From contig JBGAQA010000015.1 of NCBI GenBank assembly GCA_044220955.1, positions 1 to 64,000 of the forward strand: DNA of 64,000 bases, given 5' to 3'. Below, piece after piece: positions 42,039-50,743 of this stretch; the stretch's first letter is position 1; the number at the start of each line of letters is the position of its first letter. Made by a program: the position numbers and the translations under genes. Under the pieces are notes generated by a model. The model ran no database searches. It worked only from the letters and a program-made list of their open reading frames with translations, and was not told the origin of the DNA. This DNA comes from Sandaracinaceae bacterium (GTDB taxonomy: Bacteria; Myxococcota_A; Polyangia; Polyangiales; Sandaracinaceae).

Positions 42039-42905
42039 TCAGCGGCGCTGCAGCTGCTCGAGCCGCGTCAGGCGCGCGAGATCCTGACTCGGGCCCCGCT
42101 CGCCCTGGGCGGCCGAGCTCTGCGCGCGCCACCAGCCGACGAACGACTCGACCATCGCGTGCAGATCGGGGAACGCCGCGCCGTCGAGCTCTTCGAGACG
42201 ATCGATCACCTGGTCCGAGAGCATCAGCCCCTGGCGGCGATGAAGCGCGATCGCCCACGCGATCCACTCGCTCCCGCCCACGAGCTTGGCCAGCCGCACC
42301 GCGAAGGCGGCGATCATGGCGGTGTGTGCGCCGTCGAGGCGCTCGCCGGCGGCCAGGCGCTCGTCGATCTCCTTGGCTGCCTTGCGCATGAGGCGCTCGG
42401 CCTCGATCGCGCGGCCACTCGCGAGCGCGCGCTCGATGACCTCGCCGAGCAGCTGGAACGTCCAGCTCCGCTTCGGCTCGGGCGCGACGCCGGACATCGT
42501 GTCCTCGTCCGCGAGCGCCGGCGCCCCGCAGTGCGGGCAGCTCGGCGCGCCCTCGGGGTACGGCGTGCCGCAGGCGTGGCAGAGCTTCATGTAGCCGGTC
42601 GGCCGCGGCGCGCGCTCGGTCCGGCCCACCATCGAGAAGAGCAGCTCCTGCGTGCCCAGCCGGATCCGATCGCCGTCCTTGAGGATCTGCTCACCCTTCA
42701 CGAGCCGCCCGTTCACGCGGACGCCGTTGCGGCTGCCCATGTCCGACACCCGGGCCTCGTCTCCCGCGAGGACGATGCGCGCGTGCTGGCGCGAGATGAG
42801 CGGATCTTCGATCGTGATCTGACACTCCGAGCTGCGCCCGATGATGACCTCCGGGCCGCTCAGGTCGAACTCTTGCAGGAGGAATCGGAGCCGGTAGCGG
42901 TTCAC
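42039..42905 (-). CDS. FHA domain protein with zinc ribbon
   Basis: IGRS...ISRQHA...SRNG..VNG; CHACG...CPHCG. Confidence 0.92.
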   Translation of the reverse strand: MNRYRLRFLLQEFDLSGPEVIIGRSSECQITIEDPLISRQHARIVLAGDEARVSDMGSRNGVRVNGRLVKGEQILKDGDRIRLGTQELLFSMVGRTERAPRPTGYMKLCHACGTPYPEGAPSCPHCGAPALADEDTMSGVAPEPKRSWTFQLLGEVIERALASGRAIEAERLMRKAAKEIDERLAAGERLDGAHTAMIAAFAVRLAKLVGGSEWIAWAIALHRRQGLMLSDQVIDRLEELDGAAFPDLHAMVESFVGWWRAQSSAAQGERGPSQDLARLTRLEQLQRR

Positions 42906-43005
42906 GACGCGCTCATCTTACGGAACCGCCGCGCGCGCGTGTCGAACAATCGTGTGCGGCAGATCGCCGCGCAACTTTGCGCGCGCAAGCTGTTAGGATG
43001 GCGAC

Positions 43006-44472
43006 GTGGACAGCACACGGATCCGCGTGCTCGTGGCGGCCTTCGCCAACGTACCCGGGAGCTCGCCCCACTCCGCCGCGCTGATGGCGATGATCGCCTC
43101 GGTCCGGGCCGACATCGACATGGTGACCGTGAAGACGGAGACCTCGTCGCACGTCGAGCGGATCGGCGACGCGCGCATGTTCCGCGTGCCGGTGGGCGAT
43201 CAGGGCCCGCTCGAGCAGCGCGTGGTCTTCGATCGCGCCGTCGGCCGGCAGCTCGAAGCGGAGCGCTACGACGTCGTGCACGTCCGAGGGCCCTTCGAGG
43301 GATCTCTCGCGGCCGAGCGCAAGGCCACGTACGGCTTCCAGCTCGTCTACGAGATGGGCACGTTCCCCGACGAGGCGCTCGGCGCCGAGGTCGAGAAGCG
43401 CTGGGGCGAGGCGCACGAGCGCTGCCTCGACGCGGCCGACCTCGTGCTGGTGCCGACCGAGGCGGCGCGGCGCGGCGTGACCGAGCGCGTGGGCGCGACC
43501 CGGCCCGCCGGCACGGAGGCTGACCGCGTCCTGGTCCTCCCGCCGGGCGTCGACGTGGGCGCGTACGACTGGCGACCTCGCGCGCAGGGCGCCGTGCCGC
43601 GCCTGCTCTACCTCGGGGCGTTCACCGCGGACCGCGACGTCGCCACCGTGCTCGGCGCGGTGAAGCGCATCGCCACGACGCGGCCGGTGCGCGCGCTCAT
43701 CGCCGGCGAGACCAACCGCGGGCGGCGCGAGCGCGTGCGGCAGATGGTGGACGCGTTCGGTCTCAAGGACGTCGTCGAGGTGCGCGGGGAGCCCGCCGCC
43801 ATCGCGGGCGTCATCGCCGGGGCCGACGTCTGCATCGCGCCGGCGAGCGAGGCGCCGCGCTTCCAGGTGCTCGGTGACCTCCCGCAGCCGCTCCTCGAGT
43901 ACCTCGCCTGTCACCGGCCGGTCGTCGCCGCGGGCGTCCCCGGCGTCGCCGAGATCCTGCGTGACGAGCAGGAGGGCCTGCTCTACCCGCCCGGCGACGA
44001 GGCCGCGCTCGCGGAGGCCGTGCTCGAGATGCTCCGCGACGCCTCGCTGGCCGAGCGGCTGACCGAGCAGGGCTACCGGCGGGTGCGCGAGCTCTTCTCG
44101 AGCGGAGCGCGACGGCGACGGATCTCGGAGGTCTACGAGCGACTCATGCCCGGCTCGCAGGCGACCGACCCCTGGGAGGACGGCTTCGGGGAGGACGAGA
44201 CGGGCGAGCTCATGCCTGCCGGCTCCGCGCCCGAGATCCCCGACGAGCCGGAGCCCGACGCGGCGCCGGCGCACGAGGGCGAGCACGAGGAGCCCGCCGA
44301 GCTCGACGCGGACGACCTGCAGTTCGAGAACACGAACGGCGGGACGGCGACCGACGTCGGCCTCACCTCCGCGGACATGATGCCCATGGCGGTGGACACC
44401 GATCCCGGCCTGCTGGTCGCGGAGAAGACCCGTCCGCGCCCGCCGGACACGGATCCCGGCTCGCGCCCCTGA
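43006..44472 (+). CDS. glycosyltransferase family 4-like protein with acidic C-terminal tail
   Basis: LPPGVD; LLEYLACHRPVV...GVAEI...GLLYPPGD; TAGGAT-6nt-GTG start. Confidence 0.85.
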   Translation: MDSTRIRVLVAAFANVPGSSPHSAALMAMIASVRADIDMVTVKTETSSHVERIGDARMFRVPVGDQGPLEQRVVFDRAVGRQLEAERYDVVHVRGPFEGSLAAERKATYGFQLVYEMGTFPDEALGAEVEKRWGEAHERCLDAADLVLVPTEAARRGVTERVGATRPAGTEADRVLVLPPGVDVGAYDWRPRAQGAVPRLLYLGAFTADRDVATVLGAVKRIATTRPVRALIAGETNRGRRERVRQMVDAFGLKDVVEVRGEPAAIAGVIAGADVCIAPASEAPRFQVLGDLPQPLLEYLACHRPVVAAGVPGVAEILRDEQEGLLYPPGDEAALAEAVLEMLRDASLAERLTEQGYRRVRELFSSGARRRRISEVYERLMPGSQATDPWEDGFGEDETGELMPAGSAPEIPDEPEPDAAPAHEGEHEEPAELDADDLQFENTNGGTATDVGLTSADMMPMAVDTDPGLLVAEKTRPRPPDTDPGSRP

Positions 44473-44487
44473 CGCACGGCGCGCGCT

Positions 44488-44982
44488 TCAGCGCGCCCTG
44501 GCCGCGATCGCGGCGACGTCGAGCCCCGGGAAGACGAGCCGACGGAAGGCCTTCACCGCGCTCTCGCCGAGCAGCGCCCTGCCCTCGAGGATGGACGCGT
44601 CGACGACGACGATCGTCTCGGCGCGCGTGGCGCCGGGCTCGCGGTGCAGGCCGTCGGTGCTCGGCCACTCGCGCGACGCCTTCTTGAGCGCCGCCACCAG
44701 CGCGTCGTAGTCGCGCGCGAGCTGGGCGGGCACCGGCTCGCGGTACGGCGCCTCCCCGCGGTGCGAGTCGATCTCGAGCACGAGCGTTCCATCGAGCCCC
44801 TCGACCAGCCGCTCCTCGCGCCAGAAGCCGTGATCGGCCGCGACCAGCGCGACGCAGCGACGGAGCCACTTCACGCGCGGGGCGGCGACGGTCACGAGGG
44901 CGTCCGAGAGCGGGACGCCCGTCGCCGGGCCACAGAAGATCTCGTGGAACCAGGGATCCTGATGAGGCGCGAGGTGGGCCAT
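44488..44982 (-). CDS. hypothetical protein (164 aa)
   Basis: Globular-looking ORF MAHLAPHQDPWF... filling the gap between neighbours. Confidence 0.6.
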   Translation of the reverse strand: MAHLAPHQDPWFHEIFCGPATGVPLSDALVTVAAPRVKWLRRCVALVAADHGFWREERLVEGLDGTLVLEIDSHRGEAPYREPVPAQLARDYDALVAALKKASREWPSTDGLHREPGATRAETIVVVDASILEGRALLGESAVKAFRRLVFPGLDVAAIAARAR

Positions 44983-45026
44983 CGCGCGCGGAGGATGGCC
45001 CGCTCCGGGCCGCGGGCAAGGCGCGT

Positions 45027-45061
45027 TTGACACCGTCGAGCGCCGGGCGTACGCGGACGCC
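45027..45061 (+). promoter_or_regulatory. sigma70-type promoter, probably leaderless
   Basis: TTGACA-N17-TACGCG-N6-GTG. Confidence 0.6.
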
Positions 45062-45955
45062 GTGCAACGAGCCTGGCTCGCCCTCGCGTCGTCTGCGGCG
45101 CTCGCCGCGGGATGCTGTGTCAGCCCGTTCGTGAACACGGACCCGCCGCGCGACGGCGGCGCCCCGGGCACCCCCGAGCGCGAGACCCGCGGCACGCTCG
45201 AGGAGGACCAGCCCGCCGCGCAGACCCACGCCGCGCGCGCCGTCGGCGCCGGCTTCGACATGCGCCTGGTGCGCGTGCAGCCGGGCGTGCACCAGGGGAC
45301 CGAGCAGCTCTGCGACGTGGGCGCCGCCCTGCGCCTCGAGACGATCGACGCGCCGATCGACCCCGCGGAGCCCTCGCCCTACGACCCCGCCGCGACCCAG
45401 CGCATGAGCGTGCGATGCGTCGCACCGACCGGGGAGAGCTGGGCGGACCTCGAGTTCCTGGCGACGCGCGCGTCGCACGTCGCCGAGGTGGTGCCCGGCG
45501 CCCGCATCCGCGTCCAGATCCGCAGCGCCGACGGCGGCTTCTTCGACTACCCGATCGTCGACTTCGTCGAGACCGTGGGCGCCGCGCCCGAGAGCGCGCT
45601 CGAGACGCCGCATGCGGCCACGCCCACCCTGGGCACGGGCTTCGACCTCCGCTCGGTCGCGAGCGACCCGGCCCTGATCGGCACCACCATCGAGTGCGCC
45701 GTCGCCCACGCGAGCGACATCGACGTGCTCGACCCCGCCGACGCGAGGCGCCGCTCGTACCCGGCCGGCGTGCAGAACCGCATGACGATCCGCTGCCGCC
45801 ACGCCGCGGGCGAGGAGTGGGCCGATCTCATCTTCATGCCCGCCCAGGCCCTGTCGGCGCTCTACGTGAGCCGCGGCGACACGATCACGGCCACGGTCGT
45901 CTCGCGCAACGGCGGGTTCTTCGACTACCCGGTCCTGCAGTACGCAGGGCCTTGA
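45062..45955 (+). CDS. lipoprotein with two internal ~110-aa repeats
   Basis: LAAGC lipobox; repeated G.GFD.R.V...C...RM..RC....GE.WADL.F...GGFFDYP. Confidence 0.82.
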   Translation: MQRAWLALASSAALAAGCCVSPFVNTDPPRDGGAPGTPERETRGTLEEDQPAAQTHAARAVGAGFDMRLVRVQPGVHQGTEQLCDVGAALRLETIDAPIDPAEPSPYDPAATQRMSVRCVAPTGESWADLEFLATRASHVAEVVPGARIRVQIRSADGGFFDYPIVDFVETVGAAPESALETPHAATPTLGTGFDLRSVASDPALIGTTIECAVAHASDIDVLDPADARRRSYPAGVQNRMTIRCRHAAGEEWADLIFMPAQALSALYVSRGDTITATVVSRNGGFFDYPVLQYAGP

Positions 45956-45979
45956 ACGGTCGCAGCTCCTCGCGAGGGA

Positions 45980-47005
45980 TCACTCGGCCGGGTGCGCCTC
46001 TTCGTGCGCGCCCGTCGTGCCCGGCTCGCTCGTGTGCTCGAGGTGCGTGCCCGGCGCGCCGAGCATGGCGCGCATCAGGATGGCCTCGCAGAGCCCGGGG
46101 AAGTCGTAGCCGGAGCCCGCCGCGATCTGCGGCAAGAGGGACGTCGGCGTCATGCCCGGGATGGTGTTCACCTCGAGCACGTACTCGTTCTCGCCCTCGG
46201 TCACGAGCACGTCGACGCGGCTCGCGCCGCTGCAGCCGAGCGCCCGGTGCGCGCGCTCCGCGAGGGTGAGCACGCCCTTGTAGCGGGTCGGCGGCAGACG
46301 GGCCGGGAAGTGGAACTCGCTCTGCCCCTTCTGGTACTTCGACTTGTAGTCGAAGAACTGGCCCTTCGGGACGATCTCGACGGCACCGAGCGCGCGTCCG
46401 TCGAGCACGCCGACCGCGATCTCCTTGGCCGCGACGAAGCGCTCCACGAGGACCGAGCGGTCGTACTGGGCGGCCTCGTCGCAGCGCTGCCTCAGCTCGG
46501 CCATGTCGCTCGCCTTGCCCGCGCCGACGCTCGACCCCGAGCGACGCGGCTTCACGAACACCGGAAACCCGAAGCTGCCGTGCAGCTCCTCGAGCTTGTC
46601 GAGATCCTCCGCGTCGACGCAGTAGTAGGGCGGCGTCGGCACGTTGTAGAGCCGGAACAGCTCCTTGGCCTTGAGCTTGTCCATCGCCAGCGCGCTCGCG
46701 AGCACGTTGGAGCCCGTGTACGGGATGCCCATGATCTCGAGCAGCCCCTGCACGCAGCCGTCCTCGCCGTAGGTGCCGTGCAGCGCGATGAACGCGACGT
46801 CGATCGGCGTCTGGCGCAGCACGCGGTCGATGTCCCGATCGACGTAGACGCGGACGACCTTGTGGCCACGGCTCTCCAGCGCAGTGGCGATCGCCTCACC
46901 CGTCTTGAGCGAGATCTCTCGCTCCGGTCCGATCCCGCCGAGCAGCACACCGACCGTCTTGCCCTCGAGGGCCTTCGCTGCCTGCATCGACGTCGACTGG
47001 GTCAT
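45980..47005 (-). CDS. ddl: D-alanine--D-alanine ligase
   Basis: GG...EREISL; ALHG.YGEDG.VQG; GSSVG; FDYKSKY; LEVNTIPG; GGAGG RBS. Confidence 0.96.
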   Translation of the reverse strand: MTQSTSMQAAKALEGKTVGVLLGGIGPEREISLKTGEAIATALESRGHKVVRVYVDRDIDRVLRQTPIDVAFIALHGTYGEDGCVQGLLEIMGIPYTGSNVLASALAMDKLKAKELFRLYNVPTPPYYCVDAEDLDKLEELHGSFGFPVFVKPRRSGSSVGAGKASDMAELRQRCDEAAQYDRSVLVERFVAAKEIAVGVLDGRALGAVEIVPKGQFFDYKSKYQKGQSEFHFPARLPPTRYKGVLTLAERAHRALGCSGASRVDVLVTEGENEYVLEVNTIPGMTPTSLLPQIAAGSGYDFPGLCEAILMRAMLGAPGTHLEHTSEPGTTGAHEEAHPAE

Positions 47006-47188
47006 GACTTCATCCTCCGATGAGGTAGGGAGCACTCTCGCCCCGGCCTCGCACGGGTCTCTCGCGAGACGCGGGCCAGCCCGGGATTCCAGCGCTTGTC
47101 CGGCGTTCCTGCTCTCGCTCGTGTCGCGAGCGACACGCGTTCGAGCAGTCCATGACACTCGGATACGCGCGCGCAGAAGCGCGGTCAA
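47006..47188 (-). promoter_or_regulatory. ddl promoter and ~150-nt structured 5' leader with possible 47-aa uORF
   Basis: TTGACC-N17-TATCCG-N6-ATG; nested hairpins; SD-sequestering hairpin. Confidence 0.5.
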
Positions 47189-47228
47189 AAAATCGTGTGG
47201 TCCGTTCGTTCCGGGGGCGCTGCGTAGC

Positions 47229-48611
47229 TCAGACGCGGGTGCGCTGCCACTCGCCGCGCGCGAAGAGAAGGCCGAAGAGCGCGGTGCGCGCCACCCAGTC
47301 GACCGTCGATCCGATCCACACCCCGGTGAGACCGAGGTCGAGGTGGATCGCGCAGATCCACGTGACGAGCAGGCGCACGCCGGCGCCGCAGACGAGCGAG
47401 ACGGCGAACGTGGAGCGCGTCGCGCCCGCGCCGCGCATCGACTCGCCGAGCACCGTCGCGCTCGCCATGAAGGGCTGTGCGCACGCGGTCACGACGAGCG
47501 CCGGCGCGGCCACGGCGGCGACCGACGGATCCGACGAGAACAGGTGCGTCAGCAGCACCGGGGCGCCCGCGAACAGGATCCCGAACGAGGAGAGCAGCGC
47601 GACGGCCATTCGAACGGCGATGCGCGCGGCGCGCGCGGCCTCGGCGAGCGCGCCGCCGCCGAGGCGCTGCGCCACGACGGCCGCCGCCGCGATGCCGAAG
47701 CCGTCGGCCGAGAGGAAGCAGACCGACTCGATGCTCACCATCGTCTGGTTGCCGGCCATCGCCAGCGGGCCGAGCGAGGAGATCATCCACACGTAGCCGG
47801 TGAACCCGGCGTGGATCGCGACGCGCTCGAGGACGACGGGCGCCGAGACGCGCGCCATCCGCGCGAGCGCCGCGAGCTCGCCTCCGCGGCCGCGAAGGCT
47901 GATCGCGCCGGTCTCGCGCACGAGCGAGCCGACGAGGACGAGCGCCTCGAGCCCGACCGAGACGACGCTCGCGATGCCGGCGCCGCGCGCCCCGAGCGAA
48001 GGGACGCCGAGGTAGCCGAACACGAGCACGGCGCCGAGCCCCAGGTGCAGGACGTTGATGAAGGCCGTCACGACCAGCGGCGTGCGAGTGTCACCGGCCG
48101 CCTGGTGCACGGACGCCGCCATGCTCGCGACCAGGAAGAGCGGGAGCGCCGGCAGCGTCGCACCGAGATAACCGCGCGCGGCGTCGAGCACGTCGGGGCC
48201 GGCGTGGCCGAAGAGCGCGAGCACGGGCGCGAGGCTGGCCGCGGCGAGCACGGCGCCGACCACCCCGAGGACGAGCGCCGCGAGCAGCGCGCCCCGCGCC
48301 GCCGACGACGGGGTGCTCTCGCGCTCGCTCTCGCTCTCGCTCTCGCGCTCGCTCGCCGTCCGCCGCGCGCGCCCGACCTCCCTGCCGACGACGGCGATCG
48401 CACCGATCTGCAGCGCGCCCATGACGCCGGTGAGCATCCACATGTAGGGCCCGCTGATCTGCATCGAGGCGAGCGACGCCGAGCCGTGGTGCCCGAGCAT
48501 CGCGCGGTCGACGAGGAACACCAGCGTCTGCAAGAGCGACTGCGCGATCGCCGGCCAGGCGATCCGGGCGACCTCGCGCGCCAGCGCTCGCTCGGAGTCC
48601 GCGCTCGTCAG
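47229..48611 (-). CDS. MATE family efflux transporter (probable CTG start)
   Basis: IAWPAI..SLLQTLV..VDRAMLG; AGDTRTPL; LGARGAGIAS; two-fold TM repeat. Confidence 0.88.
   Translation of the reverse strand: MTSADSERALAREVARIAWPAIAQSLLQTLVFLVDRAMLGHHGSASLASMQISGPYMWMLTGVMGALQIGAIAVVGREVGRARRTASERESESESERESTPSSAARGALLAALVLGVVGAVLAAASLAPVLALFGHAGPDVLDAARGYLGATLPALPLFLVASMAASVHQAAGDTRTPLVVTAFINVLHLGLGAVLVFGYLGVPSLGARGAGIASVVSVGLEALVLVGSLVRETGAISLRGRGGELAALARMARVSAPVVLERVAIHAGFTGYVWMISSLGPLAMAGNQTMVSIESVCFLSADGFGIAAAAVVAQRLGGGALAEAARAARIAVRMAVALLSSFGILFAGAPVLLTHLFSSDPSVAAVAAPALVVTACAQPFMASATVLGESMRGAGATRSTFAVSLVCGAGVRLLVTWICAIHLDLGLTGVWIGSTVDWVARTALFGLLFARGEWQRTRV
48315..48355. repeat. (GAGAGC)n-type repeat inside MATE, encoding SERESESESERES
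   Basis: Same hexamer family as 395-430. Confidence 0.8.
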
Positions 48612-49495
48612 GTCCGCTGGACCTTCTGCTTCGGCCGCGTCGCGTAGTTCAGCTCGGTGAGCACCTCGCGCGCCATTGCCTGCATGTCGGCGCTCGACCC
48701 CTTCGCCATGAACGCCGCGAGGTGGTTCGGGTCGACCATCGCGAGGGCGATCATCGCCTTGCGCGCGAGACCGCGGTTCTTGGTACCGAAGAACGTGTAC
48801 ACCTGCGCGCGGTAGAGCATCGGAGCGAGCTCGCCGATCTCCGGATCGTCCGCGCGGTACGACTCCACGATCTTCTTGGCCTCGGGCGCGCTCCCGGTCC
48901 GGGCGAGCGTCTCGGCGGAGACCGCCGCGTACATCGCCTTCACCTTCGCGTTCGGCCCGCGGTCGAGCTTCAGCTTGTCGACGAGCGGACGCGCGTCCTT
49001 GGCTCGGTTGTGCACGAGGTAGAGGTACGCGAGGTTGCTGCGCACCTCGTCCTCGGCCATCGCCCCCGCCTTGCCGAGGTCGATCCCCTCGAGGATCTCC
49101 ATCGCCTGCTTCGGATCGTCGCGCGCGACGAGCTGGGCACGCGCGAGCGCGGCGAGCGCGTCGTCGCCCTTGCCCTCCGCGAGCTTCTCGATCGCGGCCT
49201 TGCGGCTCGCGTCGTCGGTCGCGGACTTGAGGATCTCGACCACGCGCCGCGAGCGCTGCGTGAGCGTGTACAGGTACACACCGAAGCCGGCGGCGAGCGC
49301 CGTCAGCACGCCGACCGCGCCGACGCCCCAGTAGCCGACGTAGGGGACGAGCAGGAACGCGAACACCCAGAGCGCGACCAGCGCGGCGCCGATCTGCAGG
49401 ACGATGTTCCACTTGACGCCCGGCGTCTCGATGTCGGCGAGCTGCTTCTGCCCGGCCTCGGCCGTGGGCGCCTTGAGCTTCTTCGGCTTGGCCAC
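48608..49495 (-). CDS. membrane-anchored TPR-like protein
   Basis: Two TM helices followed by helical Ala/Leu/Tyr repeats; GAGG RBS. Confidence 0.78.
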   Translation of the reverse strand: MAKPKKLKAPTAEAGQKQLADIETPGVKWNIVLQIGAALVALWVFAFLLVPYVGYWGVGAVGVLTALAAGFGVYLYTLTQRSRRVVEILKSATDDASRKAAIEKLAEGKGDDALAALARAQLVARDDPKQAMEILEGIDLGKAGAMAEDEVRSNLAYLYLVHNRAKDARPLVDKLKLDRGPNAKVKAMYAAVSAETLARTGSAPEAKKIVESYRADDPEIGELAPMLYRAQVYTFFGTKNRGLARKAMIALAMVDPNHLAAFMAKGSSADMQAMAREVLTELNYATRPKQKVQRT

Positions 49496-49573
49496 GTTCT
49501 TGTCCTCGGGGTGTAGGGCGCCGGGCTTACCCGGCGGGGGCCTGACGAGCAACGTGCTACACCTGCCCCACTC

Positions 49574-50203
49574 GTGGGCGACCGTCTCGACTCACTGCGG
49601 AGCCTCGTTCGACGCGCCGGCGAGCGCGCCAAGGATCGCGTGCGTGATCAGCCGATCGTGGCGGCGCTCCGTCAGCTCCGGGGAGAGCTCGGAGCCCGTC
49701 GGATCGCCCTGCCCGAGCGCGAGCTGAACCGCGCGGCGCTCGGGCTGCCCGGCCTGCGCTCTGCGAGCGTTCGCGCGGACGAGGGTGCGCTGCGGGTCGA
49801 TCTCGAGGGGGACGACGGCCGCACGATCCGCGCGCGGCTCGTACCGGCCGCGCCGCGCTTCGCGCCGCATGGCGCCAAGGAGCTGGTGTTCCTGGTGGTG
49901 CCGGAAGAGGCCGCCGGGGAGCCGCTCGTGCGCGCGTTCGTCGCCGCGATCGGCGCGCTCGTCGCCCGCGCTCTCTGGGGCGCGATGGCCCCGCAGCTGG
50001 CCAGCGAGCGCGACACCTCGTCGGCCGTCACCGATCGCGACGGGGACGAGCTGCGCATCGATCTGCGGAACACGCCGCTGGTGCGTGCGATCGCGCAGAC
50101 GCCGGCGGGGGGGACGCTCCTCGACGCCCTCTCCCTCGAAGCGCTCGAGGCGACCGACGGTCACCTCACCGCCCGTGTCTCCATGGGGCTGTTCGCGCGA
50201 TGA
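49574..50203 (+). CDS. hypothetical protein
   Basis: ORF with ATGA coupling to the next gene. Confidence 0.7.
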   Translation: MGDRLDSLRSLVRRAGERAKDRVRDQPIVAALRQLRGELGARRIALPERELNRAALGLPGLRSASVRADEGALRVDLEGDDGRTIRARLVPAAPRFAPHGAKELVFLVVPEEAAGEPLVRAFVAAIGALVARALWGAMAPQLASERDTSSAVTDRDGDELRIDLRNTPLVRAIAQTPAGGTLLDALSLEALEATDGHLTARVSMGLFAR

Positions 50204-50721
50204 GCCGGGCGGCACGCCGCGCGCTGCTCGCGCTCGTCCTCGCGTCGTGCGCGACGGCCCCGCCGGAGCCGCCCGAGTTCGTCGGCGTCTCGCGCTGGAT
50301 CTCGTTCGACCGGGGTATCGACCCCGCCCACCCCGACGACCCGACCGGTCACTCGACCGTGTACGTCGATCGGCTTCCGCCGCACGGCGCCACCGAGTTC
50401 CCCGTCGGAACGCACATCTTGCGTGTCATCGGCACGGGGGACGACCCGGCGCTCTGGGAGGCCCACGGCATGGTGAAGGTCGGTGGGGACTTCAACGCGG
50501 GCGGCGCCGTGGGCTGGGAGTTCTACGGCCTCGACCTCACGCGCGACGCGGTGGGTGAGCTCGTGACGAGCACCCGCTGGCACGGGGTCGGCCCGCCCGA
50601 CGGCGACGGCTATGCGCAGCCGGGCGACGCGGGGCCCGTCCTCGGCTGCAACCATTGCCACGGCGCCGCCACGTGGAACGACTCCGTGATAGGCCAGGAG
50701 CTGCAGCTCGTGGACTTCTGA
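50200..50721 (+). CDS. c-type monoheme lipoprotein (cytochrome P460-like layout)
   Basis: LASC lipobox; FPVGT..., MVK...GWEF, C-terminal CNHCH. Confidence 0.72.
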   Translation: MSRAARRALLALVLASCATAPPEPPEFVGVSRWISFDRGIDPAHPDDPTGHSTVYVDRLPPHGATEFPVGTHILRVIGTGDDPALWEAHGMVKVGGDFNAGGAVGWEFYGLDLTRDAVGELVTSTRWHGVGPPDGDGYAQPGDAGPVLGCNHCHGAATWNDSVIGQELQLVDF

Positions 50722-50743
50722 CACCCTTGCTCCGAGGATCGCC

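Noticed and set aside
45980..47005. VanA-type D-Ala-D-Lac ligase (glycopeptide resistance)
   Set aside because: The omega loop reads FDYKSKY as in D-Ala-D-Ala ligases, and there are no vanH/vanX/vanRS neighbours
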